A DNA stretch of 64,000 nt from Takakia lepidozioides (taxonomy: Eukaryota; Plantae; Bryophyta): positions 37,014,001 through 37,078,000 of the forward strand of contig CM060731.1 of NCBI GenBank assembly GCA_030704615.1, written 5' to 3'. Shown here one piece after another: positions 1 through 11,098 of this stretch. The position numbers and the translations under genes were made by a program. How positions within the stretch are numbered: the stretch's first letter is position 1; the number at the start of each line of letters is the position of its first letter. A model generated the notes under the pieces. That model saw only the letters and a program-made list of their open reading frames with translations. It did no database searches and was not told the origin of the DNA.

Positions 1-452
1 TGCAAACCTGCAACCTGTTCGCATTTGCACTCTATCCGCTTTGGATAGGCTCACGCACGGATCCCTGCACTCGAGGCTGAACCGCTTCTCATGAAATCAC
101 AAGTGCTACAAAACAACTCGAACCTGGCACTCACAGACTCGAGCTGATCTTTCTCGAGTGATAAGGAAAAAGAATGATACAAGCATACAAGTTCTCTCAA
201 ACTCACACACTTGCACATGAAAACATCACTCATATATTAAGTCGAGCCAAGTGCACCCCATGCCATGAGGAATCCACACTACGGCGCCATAGCTAGACGC
301 GGTGAGGCTCAACTCGAGAAAGATGAGCCCACCGCGATCTGCCGTGAAGATAACAACGTCAGGTGCCCAAACATGTATTGGCCCCTGGATTGACACTTGG
401 GTCAATCCCAAATGTCAATATATAAAAGCTAGCTATTTCCTAGCTAACTTCA

Positions 453-515
453 CACTAGTGGTAAAATAACTTGACAGCCTATTACCACGGGTGGCACCTA
501 TTACTGCGGGTTGAT
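453..515 (+). mobile_element. Possible orphan CACTA terminus fragment
   Basis: CACTAGTGGTAAAATAAC followed by two subterminal-like repeats CTATTAC(C/T)(A/G)CGGGT; no matching opposite end found. Confidence 0.3.
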
Positions 516-1030
516 CAGCCCTTTCCAGGGAATGCAGACTGGATGTGTTACATCCATTCTATCCTTCTTTTCTATCCATTGCATCCATTTCGACGTTATT
601 AACATACCAAGCCCTTGCATGGGAATGTGGCTACGTCGTGAGCACTGCTTGTCGGCACCCATTCTTGGCATATGACGATGCTTCATGAGGCAGACAGACT
701 GGAAGAGGCTTTTCTAATTTTGAACCAAGGAGACATTGCAGCATATCCACATACGTATGTTTGTGTTTTGTTTCAGTGCATCAGGATAAAAGGCCCGGAA
801 AGCAGGTGCACACTCACATCATCCAAAGCGGATCCCTGCGAAATGTTTTGTTACTCACCACCCTTGCGAACATGTATGGTATGTGCGGGAGCATCATATG
901 ATGGGTCTTCTGATGGCAATGAATGATGTGAACATGTTGGTTTCTCATTCTACAAGTTCTTGTTGTGGTTCCGTGGTTCTTTGGTTCCAATCCTCTGTTC
1001 TCGGTTCTTGAATTTCATTCTGACTTTCAC

Positions 1031-3070
1031 ACATCATTTTACAGAGGGACAAAGACATCGCATGTGAAAACGAGTCTGGTTCACACTCTATACAGGATAC
1101 AGAGGATCGGCCAGATGCCCTGAGCAACTTCAAAACCATCCTTTCAACAGAGACGTACAAGAAGTGCGAGAGCTCCAGGACATCAGAAACATGGTACTCG
1201 TTGACCCGTGAGGCTTTCATGGAGTATATGTACCCGGTGAGATACATCTTTCATCATCTGGCCTTTGGATATTCATGCTTCAAGATCTTTGTTTCTGTTT
1301 GTTTCCCTTGCCCTTCTGTTAATGCATCTGTCGTGCATTCTCTTACAGCAAGACATTGTAGATGCATGACAACGTGGCAAACTAAAATACTATAGCTCTA
1401 CCCCTGAAGAGAGAAGGACAACAAAGGGGGTTGAGAGTCACATCAAGCAAGAGATGACCGCCACAAAAAAAAAATATTATGAGTGCTTTTGTGGAGCAGT
1501 TGAGAATTGCCGACCCATCCTTCGGACCACAGTTTCTTCAAGAGGTGAAAAACCGTTTCAACAAGCCAGGCAAGCCGGAGATGGCCCATGAGAAGTTGCA
1601 CAGGTTGTCTACTGCCGTTGTTTCTTCAGAACAGAAGGTGAAGTGGCTGCAGATATGGAACTCCGATCCCATTGTTAGGGACACCCACATGTTCCCCAAG
1701 CCGGAGAAAGAGAAGAAGACCCAGCGTGTCATTCCAGTCAGTGACAATATGACGGATACATGGCTTCACAAGACCACTTACTGGAGCCAGGTATGATGTC
1801 CTTTGCTATGTCACTTTCTTTTCGTTTTTCTGTCTTTCTCTTTCCATGTTCCATTGGCTGTGATTGTTTTCTGGTTCATTCTTGCATTCGAATTGTTTTG
1901 CAGTTGGAGGAAATGGCCCAATCTGTTCTATATACGCAGCTGGCTGACTATGACATCACCATGACAACACCGAAGGTCACCTTCCAAGCATACATGCGGA
2001 AATGGAGAGCCACCGTGTGGCAATCTTGTTTCTTCAGGGAATTCAACAAAGAGGGTGGCATCAGTCAAACAAATGAGCTTGACCAGCAAGAGAAAGGAGA
2101 GGAAGCCTGGAAACGATATCTTTACAGGTGCAAAATGGACTATGCTTCTTTGTTTTGCAAAGACACGCTCTCCTCCATCCAACCTATTTTGTGCTGGCTC
2201 ATATGAGTGTGCGGTGCCGCACACTCATTTGTTCTATCCGTGTATAGTAACACCAATGTGCACACCTTGGGCCCTTCAGGCTATTTTGTGTGCGATGGTT
2301 ACAGTGTGCGGTGCCGCATACTCTTTTTGGGGGTCTTCGTGATGTGGTAGAAAAGATAGGAGACAATAGTTGCATTGCATAATGAGGCTGTCTCTGTGCC
2401 TGCAGGTACATAAAGTATGTTCTCATGGCAGAGAACTGCTTGGACAAACATCCTGATTTCGTGGACCTGTGGCTTGTTCCTGCTGGCAACCAGACCATGT
2501 TTACTACATGGATCTTGTAGGATTGGGGCCCAGACCATCTTTTTTCCTGTGGTTGATATTTGGATTGCCCTGTTTCTGAGACCCCAGCGCAGGAGGTGTC
2601 TTTGAGGAGAGAGAATGAGCGTGTAGCAGCCACCACCGCAGCTGCCGACCTCGAGATTCATGATAGAAATTTGAGGACACTTGCAGAGAAGGAGCCTCCC
2701 GCTCAGGATACCCCGGGTAAAGGTAGAAAGGGATGTTGTTGTTGGTGGGGGGAAAGGAAGGGGTAGGGGGAAGGGAGCGCAGGGGCAAGTAGGTGGGCAG
2801 GGAAGTGTTGCAGAAACTGGCCCTGCGGCGGATGTCCAGCCGACCAAAGAGACTCCACCGCATGGTAGGGGATCCGGGAGAAAGAACAAGGGGGTGGTTG
2901 ATGCTAAGGACCCGTACCATGCAGTGGAGCATCCCACGAGGGTCATTCGCCCTACCAGGTTGGAGATGGCCAACGTCGGGTTCCTTGCCATGATGGAGTC
3001 CAAGAAATCCGATTACAAGGGCGATCCATCACCAGTGTGGGATAGGATTGTGGAGTTCCTCGGCACGGTG
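1031..3070 (+). pseudogene. Degraded multi-exon gene of unknown function, probably transposon-associated
   Basis: Coding-like blocks (1479-1790, 1903-2206, 2406-3070) separated by T-rich GT-AG intron-like segments (e.g. CAG|GTATGA at 1790, TTTTGCAG| at 1902); in-frame stops and frameshifts; no family recognised. Confidence 0.35.
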
Positions 3071-3505
3071 CGTGTTGTCTTTTGCTTCTTGTGTGTTGTG
3101 GGCATGGCTCGTTTCAGCGTAGCTACGGCGTGAGCCCAGCCCCGTGAGCCTGGGAGCTGAGCTCACGTTGTAGCTGCAAAGCGTGAGCGGCACAAATCTG
3201 TTGGAGAAGCAGGTCCTATAGGTGAGGATTGCAGGAAGAGGGCCTATTATCGTGGACAAAACAAAGGGGGCCACCATGCACCATGTCTGCAATGCCTGCA
3301 CAAAAAGAGGAATATGAAATTATGGCAGATTTGAGCTCAGAATGATTGACACACTTTATTTCAATTCACAGATAGACGCTTACAATGAATGGCATGTGCA
3401 TTTGCCCTGGTTCCGTGAACGAAATGTATGTGTTTGTCCTAAATGCAAAGTCTTCACACGGTAACCTGGAAACCAGCATGGGAAGCGGGCATGGCTCGTA
3501 TGTGT

Positions 3506-4610
3506 TCAAAGAGAATTTGGCGGAGCCCTACGTGAGGTGTCCCGCTGCAGAAGGGTGATGACTTCTCCATAGCCTAGTGTGGCTTGGTGAATGAATTGGT
3601 CTCTCTTACCGTCGCAGCACACAATTACAAGGTATATGTAATATTGACGCTTGCAGGGGACCCACTTCCCTCTCATGCCGAGAGCGCCCTCACGCATCGT
3701 TACAAAATCCGGACAAGTGCACGTAGGGAATTCCCCACGGTAACCTGATATTCTTTTCCATGAAGAACTGAGCCAATAGATAGCACTGTGTAAATCCGTC
3801 CATACCCCGGGGCAGGGACTTCGGTGATTTGAGTCACCCTAGCCTGCAAAATTCTAGCCGATTCCATCTTGCAGTCGTGATCTGCACCCGAAGCGACACG
3901 ACGCACTGTTTTTCCATCTCTTTTTGTTGGGTGGGAGTCGGCACCGAGTGGAGGCATTGCCGGAGCATGTGGCACATATGTGCCGACAGTGCGTGAGGGC
4001 ACCACCCGGGACCGTGCAAGACAGAACCCTCCTCCTCCAGCATGCTTATCTCAGTTGATGACAACGACGTCCCAAGTTTCACAGGCCAAATTGCGGGGGG
4101 GAGGGGGCTTCATTATCACCGAAGGACGAACTGTTCCCTTGACGCATCGTGCCATATCGTCTGGGCAGAACTAGAACTTGTGGTCCTTTCACTCCCCACT
4201 ATGCTAAGGTTGGAACAACCCTGTGAATGTTGGAGCTGGAGTCCCCCTGGAGCCTTTGCATATTTTTGATTTGCATTTCTTGAAAGAGGGGGTCCGAATT
4301 GCCATGCAAGCCACTCTAGATCCTGGTGGGGTGCGTTCTATATGCCACTCATTGTCAATGCAATCAGATTCATGCACCATGGACACCACCTCCTCCAATG
4401 GGATTCCTGCTGCTGTGCTTGCATGATCTGCACCTGCTCCACTGGAGGAGGACCCACCTAGGAAGGGGCGGGCACACGACTTAGTCTGCACTGGAGACAC
4501 CTTTGGTACAGAGAAATTGACCCTATCTGGCCGATGGGAATCTCCATCCGACCTTGGAGGAGTGTTCAATTTCCTTTTGCATGATCTAACTCTTTCCTCG
4601 CCTTCCGCTG
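3506..4610 (-). pseudogene. SWIM zinc-finger protein pseudogene (MULE-like/TE-associated)
   Basis: Joining frameshifted ORFs 4204-4569, 3700-4005 and 3506-3697 gives ...YQVTVGN(fs)PTCTCPDFVTM...WVPCKRQYYI, a CxCxDF...CK(H>R) SWIM motif; 5' part cut off by the LINE at ~4636. Confidence 0.6.
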
Positions 4611-4635
4611 GCTAGCCCGTGGCAAACTTGGGTAT

Positions 4636-5841
4636 CAATACAAAACCTCCTCAAGTGACATCTCAGCTGCAACATATGCAGACGATCTCGCCATCCTGGC
4701 ACACAAACCACAACACCTAAACCGACAAATTAACAAACTATTTAGATTCAATCTATGGTCAGGCATGGAACTCAGCTTACACAAATGCGCCATCACTGCC
4801 GCCACACACCACAGTCGGCTCACTAAAGCAGCCATAGCCTCACATTGCAATCTCTATGTACACTACCAAAACACACCTTTCCCCTTCCTGGGACCAGATG
4901 AGCCATACACCTACCTGGGTATCCAATTAGTACCCTCCCTAACTTGGCACATCCAAAAAGACTCTACATCATCCAAACTCGCTACCAAAAGTCTGGCCCT
5001 GCTTAAATCCCCAATTGTCATCCGTCCGAAACTATCAATCATTCAATCCGTACTACAAACACAAATTCAATACTCATTTCTCGCCGCACCCTTCTCCCTA
5101 CCGGACATCAAAAAACTTGATAAAAGCATTATTCAACTTACAAAGCGCGTATGTGGCTTACCAACTAGTACCCCTAATGCCCTCACGCAACTCCCAACTG
5201 ACAGCTACGGAATCGGTTCTAGCCCATTAATCATATCATATGCTCGCACATTAGGCACACAATTTAAAGAAGCACTCAACGATCCTGGACGTCTTGGTAT
5301 CATTTATCAGGGCCTCCTCAAATATCTCGCATTAAAATACAATGGTCTTTACTCACTATCATCTTTGCATCCACAGGCCTGCCTACACTCCCCTACTGCC
5401 CGCACACTACTCATCCTACGCCAAATGAAAATTAGCATACAAACTGACCTGCCAGATTACCCTAACACCTCATCACCCCTAGAACGCGCATGGCTCACAA
5501 GCCCCTTTTTATCACAATTCGACATCTCTCATCCGAAACAAAAGATCCCCAATCCTCACCTATTTCAAAGAACGTCGCATTACCACCCTCACCCAACTTA
5601 CCACCGCCTCCGGCCATCGACTTCTAAAACCAAGTGAATTCACTCTTAAATTCTCTCAAGCTACGACCAAAACCACTCGATACCTACACCATCTCCGAAC
5701 CCTCTTCTGTCATCCCTCAGCAGCTTGCACCCTCCAATGCAATCTCCCATGTCTCTACTATCCCCATACGGTTCAAGACCTGCTCCCCCAGTACTGATCT
5801 ACTCCTACTGCCTCCATCTACCAAACACTTAAAACGACATA
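4636..5841 (+). mobile_element. Non-LTR retrotransposon (LINE) RT fragment, left part; RandI/Dualen-like by motif resemblance
   Basis: YADDLAIL at ~4675, then PYTYLGIQL...W and GIG...EALNDPGRLG in ORF 4765-5637; strongly C/A-rich sense strand; frameshifted near 5550; interrupted by an LTR at 5842. Confidence 0.85.
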
Positions 5842-6377
5842 TATAACGTCCCTGTGAACTCGAACCTGCGACAGGCTTGGCAGGACGTTGAACAGTTCAG
5901 CAATCGTCGACGGCTGTCTGGGTGAGGTGATGGGGATGTCACGTGGAACAGCTGGTGGTGGCAATGTGGTGGCAGGATTCTGTTGATCGAGACCAAAAGC
6001 AAGAATGATGATGTTGAGAAGTGTACAGGGAGGAGAGTGGGGGACTTGACTCTCTTCTTCTGGTTTTTGGTTCCCTAGATAGAAGAGCTCGTAGATGTTG
6101 GCCGTACAGAGTGTGGAAGACAAGACGGTCATGGTGAATAGTGTCTACGAACAGGGAAGAGATAGATAATACAGAAAATGATGCATGGTGTGGTGGTTGG
6201 GAGGATTGGTTGTGTTCCAGTACCATGTACAATTCTAGGATTGGGTGCTAGTTCCTGTTGAGTCAAGAATTATTGTGACTTGAAGGATCTGTACATAAAG
6301 CAAATGGTGGTGTTTGGCCATTCAGTGGAATAAGACAAGAGGAATGTAAGATATAAGACAAAAGGAATGCAAGATCT
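5842..6377 (+). repeat. 5' LTR of the chromovirus (536 bp)
   Basis: Direct repeat of 9492-10002; differs by about 5 substitutions, a 2-bp indel and a 23-bp tandem duplication at its 3' end. Confidence 0.95.
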
Positions 6378-6389
6378 TGGTATCAGAGC
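6378..6389 (+). promoter_or_regulatory. Primer binding site (tRNA-iMet)
   Basis: TGGTATCAGAGC directly after the 5' LTR. Confidence 0.95.
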
Positions 6390-6526
6390 GGTGCCACCCG
6401 ACCAGCAAGCAGTAGACCAACCAGTAAGTGTTCCCCATAATGATCTGCGTACAAGAACTAGGACAAAAAGAAAAGATGCTAGAGGTGGATCTGCCTCTGG
6501 TGCATCCTCACAGGATAGCCGCTCCA

Positions 6527-9479
6527 TGATGGCAAGGGATTCTAAGAGAAGGACGGTTGACAAGGAAATTAGGAAGATGACGCATCTTCCTGAATTCCAT
6601 GGTCGCCCAAATGTGCCTTGCACAGAGGTGCTGTCTTTTCTAGAGACTCTGGAAGAGTTCTTTAGTGAGGACTATACGGATGCAGATAAGATCCGCACAG
6701 CCTCATTGCAAATGAGAGGCAAATCTAAAGAATGGTGGATTAGAATGAAAGAGAAGCCGGGTCTGGAAGGGAGAGTGGACCTGATTACCACATGGGCTAA
6801 GTTCAAACGGGTCTTCAAAGAACAGTACCTGCCAGAGGACTATGCGCACAGGATGAAAATGGGTTTGATGGAACTTAGCTAAGGAAGAATGAGTGTGGCA
6901 GACTACAAGGTAAAGTTTGACGAACACGCTTCATACTTCTATTCCTTGAAGGAGTCTGACAGGGTGGATTTCTTATTTGATTACTTGCATGGTGCGTAAG
7001 TATTTTCAAAGATAGACCTACGAAGTGGATACCATCAGATCCGTGTCAAAGACTCGGACACGTTAAAGACGGCTTCAGAACTAGATTTGGCCACTATGAA
7101 TATACAGTGATGTCTTTTGGACTCACAAATGCACCAGCCGCTTTCATGTGCTTAATGAATACCTTATTCAGAAAGTATCTGGGGAAATTTGTGTTAGTCT
7201 TCATGGATGACATCTTAATCTATTCCAAGTCTGAAGAAGAACACATAGAACACTTGAAAAGTGTCCTTGAGATTTTGAGAGAGAATAAACTCTATGCTAA
7301 GAAGAGCAAATGTGAGTTTTTTGTTTCCCAGATGGAATACTTGGGATTTATAGTGTCGAAAGATGGCATGTTAGTTGATCCCAAGAAGGTAAAGACTGTG
7401 GCAGAATGGCCTGTCCCAAAGGATAGAACAGATGTGAGAGCATTCTTAGGACTTGCAAGCTTTTATAGAAGATTTATAAAGGCATTCTCCAAGATTGCAG
7501 CCCCTCTCACTAGCTTGCTGAAAGGCTTAGGAGCGATTACCTGGACCGAAGATTGTAATGAGAGCTTTGAAAAGCTTAAAGATATGTTAACACATGCTCC
7601 TGTCTTGAAATTAATGGATTACAAGACAGGTGGTCTAGTACTTTGCACAGATGCGAGTGACCTGGCCATAGGAGCTGTGTTAATGCAACACGGACAGGTA
7701 ATAGCTTATGAGTCTAGAAAACTAAGCCCAGCAGAGCTGAACTACCCAGTGCATGAAAAAGAATTGCTAGCCATCATACATGCCTTAAAGGTTTGGCGGC
7801 ATTATCTACTGGGAAGGGAATTTAAGATTGAGACAAACCATGAAAGCTTGAAGTATCTGGCCACACAACCCAACCTCAGTCGCAAACAGTGTCATTGGGT
7901 AGAGTTCTTCCAGCAGTTCTTCTTTGAATTGCATTATGTGAAGGGGAAAAAGAACGTGGTGGCAGATGCATTGTCCAGAAGAAAATGGGCAACTGCTATT
8001 TCAGTGATAAGAAGCACTGTGATAGAAGAGATAAGAGGTCAGTATGCTAAAGACACATATTTTGCTGGCCCGTTTGAAAGTCTGTCTCGTGGGGTCAAGG
8101 CTCCTGATGAAATTGGCAAATATCTAGCTTATCTGTTAAAGGACGGGTTATTATACTGTGGTGGGCGTCTATGCATCCCTCAGGTTGCAGACTATAGACT
8201 AAAGATCATGTATGACTGTCATAACATACCCATTGCAGGCCATCCTGGCTTTCAGAAAACGTATCTTGCAATTAGGAAACAATTTTTCTGGCCTGGGATG
8301 AAAAAGAATATACGAGAATATGTTGAAAGGTGTTACCCTTGTCAGGTAACCAAAACAGAACAGATCAAGACTCCTGGACTTTTGCAACCTCTGAATGTGC
8401 CTAGGGCAAAGTGGGAATCTATAAGTAAGGATTTCATTGTCTCATTGCCTAAGACAAGAAATGGACATGATGCCATCTTTGTGGTAGTCGACCGCTTGTC
8501 AAAACAAGCGCATTTCATACCCACAAAGATGAGTGCAACTGCTATAGACATAGCTAATCTCTTTGTAAAATAGATATACAGGCTGCATGGATTGCCAAGA
8601 GAAATTGTGTCTGACAGGGATTCGAAGTTTACAAGCGGATTTTGGACTGCTTTGTTTAAAGCTTTGAATACCAGATTATGTTTTAGCAGTGCTTACCACC
8701 CAGAATCTGATGCTCAGACAGAGAGGACAAATAGAACCTTAGAAGACATGCTCCGAATGTATGTGGGGCAAAGGCAAAGCTCTTGGGAACAATATTTGCA
8801 TTTTTGTGAGTTTGCCTATAATAAGAACATGCATACAGCTATTGGGGTAAGCCCATTTGAAGCTGTTTATGGACAAGATTGCTTGACACCAGCATCTTGG
8901 CATGTTTCTAATACTAAGGTCGAAAGTGTCAATCAGATGATAGCAAGGATGTACCAAGAGATGGACCTAATGAAGGATAGCATGAGGAGAGCTCAAGAAA
9001 GGGCAAAGACCTATGCTAATCAGAAAAGGTCTTTTAGAGAATTTGAGATTGGAGATCAAGTATTTTTGAAAGTGATCCCTAAGAAGAGCCAGTTGAGCCT
9101 AGGAAAGTGTTATAAGCTTTCCCCAAGGTACTGTGGACCTTTCAAGATTATCAAAAAGATTGGCAAAGTCGCCTACAAGCTGGAACTGCCTGTTAGGTGG
9201 AAGATACATGATATATTTCATGTGAGCCTCTTAAGGAAATATGTTTCAGATCCCAGCCATATTCTCCCAGACTTGCCGAAAGTCACAACCGAAGGAGAAA
9301 TTGTGGCAGAACCAGAAGAGATTCTTAAGGTAGAGATGAAAACCTTGAGATCTCGTTCTTGGAATGAATTCTTGATCAAGTGGAAGAATTACCCTATAGA
9401 AGAATCTACATGGGAGAGAGAAGATGCTCTTCGTAAGAATTTTCCCCAGTTCAGTATTGAGGACAATACTCCCTTATAG
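6527..9479 (+). pseudogene. Disrupted gag-pol of the chromovirus
   Basis: gag (PEFHG...WW...TWAKFKRVF) joins at ~6972 directly to mid-RT (LFDYLHGA*VFSKIDLRSGYHQ), so the protease and RT N-terminus are missing; stops at ~6880, ~6997 and 8571 and a frameshift at ~7075; group II-type chromodomain EPEEIL...FLIKWKNYPIEESTWE. Confidence 0.93.
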
Positions 9480-9491
9480 GAGGGGGGGTAA
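9478..9491 (+). promoter_or_regulatory. Polypurine tract
   Basis: AGGAGGGGGGGTAA immediately before the 3' LTR. Confidence 0.9.
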
Positions 9492-10002
9492 TATAACGTC
9501 CCTGTGAACTCGAACCTGCGACAGGCTTGGCAGGACGTTGAACAGTTCAGCAATCGTCGACGGCTGTCTGGGTGAGGTGATGGGGATGTCACGTGGAACA
9601 GCTGGTGGTGGCAATGTGGTGGCAGGATTCCGTTGATCGAGACCAAAAGCAAGAATGATGATGTTGAGAAGTGTACAGGGAGGAGAGGGGGACTTGACTC
9701 TCTTCTTCTGGTTTTTGGTTCCCTAGATAGAAGAGCTCGTAGATGTTGGCCGTACAGAGTGTGGAAGACAAGACGGTCATGGTGAATAGTGTCTACGAAC
9801 AGGGAAGAGAGAGATAATACAAAAAATGATGCATGGTGTGGCGGTTGGGAGGACTGGTTGTGTTCCAGTACCATGTACAATTCTAGGATTGGGTGCTAGT
9901 TCCTGTTGAGTCAAGAATTATTGTGACTTGAAGGATCTGTACATAAAGCAAATGGTGGTGTTTGGCCATTCAGTGGAATAAGACAAGAGGAATGCAAGAT
10001 CT
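9492..10002 (+). repeat. 3' LTR of the chromovirus (511 bp)
   Basis: Direct repeat of 5842-6377. Confidence 0.95.
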
Positions 10003-10278
10003 CCACAGTCACAGAACCCGACCCCCCCTCTCATCTACCTAACACGCAACATACCGAACTTGACCACAACCTGCATCTGCCATTCAACCCCTTATCTAAT
10101 ACGCAAGGCTCCCCCACCCACTCCCAACCACTTACCACAACGTCCCCCCCACCTTCTCCACACAATGATGACAATAATAATGCATACATCATTGAAGCCA
10201 TACTAGGAATCAAAACCCAAACGTCAATCGATGCCTTCGGTGCCATATGTATTGACACATACTACAACTGTAAATAGG
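10003..10278 (+). mobile_element. Probable continuation of the LINE after the chromovirus insertion
   Basis: Same C/A-rich composition as 4636-5841; ends in YIIEAILG...YYNCK* at the next LTR. Confidence 0.6.
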
Positions 10279-11041
10279 TGTTAGAGGGCTGCTTGGGACT
10301 TAGACGCTTTTACGGGTTCTGTGGGGTACCCTTAATTTTTGCGCAGACTGAGACCAAAAAGAGCCTTAGGGGTGGCAGCAGCAGGCTTTAGGGGGGGTTA
10401 CACAGCCTGACACAGCTCCACACAGCCAGTCACAGCCCGCCACAGCTTCGCACAGCCCGACACAGCCAGTCACAGCCAGTCACAGCCCGCCACAGTTACG
10501 CACAGCTTCACACAGCCCGACACAGCCTGACACAGCCAGTCACAGCCCGACACAACTTTACATAGCCAGTCACAGTACATGGGGAACAATTATCATTGAC
10601 AGGGAACGACATCTGCAGAGGGAACGTGTTACTTCAGGGGTGACGGTTAGTTAGTTAGGTGGTTAGAACAGCTTGCGGGTAGATTAGGAGAGCGGCAACG
10701 GGAAGGGGATCACTTCACGGGGAGCGCTTCTTGGTCATGCATAAGAGGAGATCAGGCGGAGAGCAAGAACGGGAGCAAGGATAGAGAGCACGGTGAAGGA
10801 GGAAAGATGAACAGTAGATGCTTGTTACATGCAAAGCTGTAGTGATACTGTAGGGTAGATTAGAGTCACCATGGCATCGGCTTGATACCTGATAAATCAT
10901 AATCTGATACTTATTCGATACAATCACACTGTGTAGAGAGACATGAGTGAAGTTGTGGAATGAATGGATGAGTGAATGGAACTTGGTAGATACTGAAGCA
11001 ATATGATGCTTCAGTATACACAGTAAGGTAAATTGCTAACA
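10279..11041 (+). mobile_element. Putative LTR of a second Gypsy element
   Basis: Termini TGTTAG...CTAACA form an inverted pair; followed by purine-rich retroelement ORFs; no canonical PBS or TSD seen. Confidence 0.55.
10401..10580 (+). repeat. Array of 18 decamers, CACAGCnnnn
   Basis: Exact 10-bp phase: cacagcctga, cacagctcca, cacagccagt, cacagcccgc and so on. Confidence 0.97.
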
Positions 11042-11098
11042 TGAAGGCAAGAAGAAATACAAATAGGAAGCACAACCATGATTCACTAGCTGTAGGTC

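Larger units (their letters stand above)
5842..10002 (+). mobile_element. Ty3/Gypsy chromovirus LTR retrotransposon, internally deleted, with two near-identical LTRs
   Basis: Paired LTRs, tRNA-iMet PBS, PPT, gag, RT (FMDD), RNase H (TDAS), HHCC and DDE integrase, GPF motif, C-terminal chromodomain. Confidence 0.97.

Noticed and set aside
10401-10580. Decamer array (and the 124-bp and 42-bp arrays) as CRISPR-like
   Set aside because: No unique spacers of CRISPR length, no cas genes, and a eukaryotic context; these are plain tandem repeats
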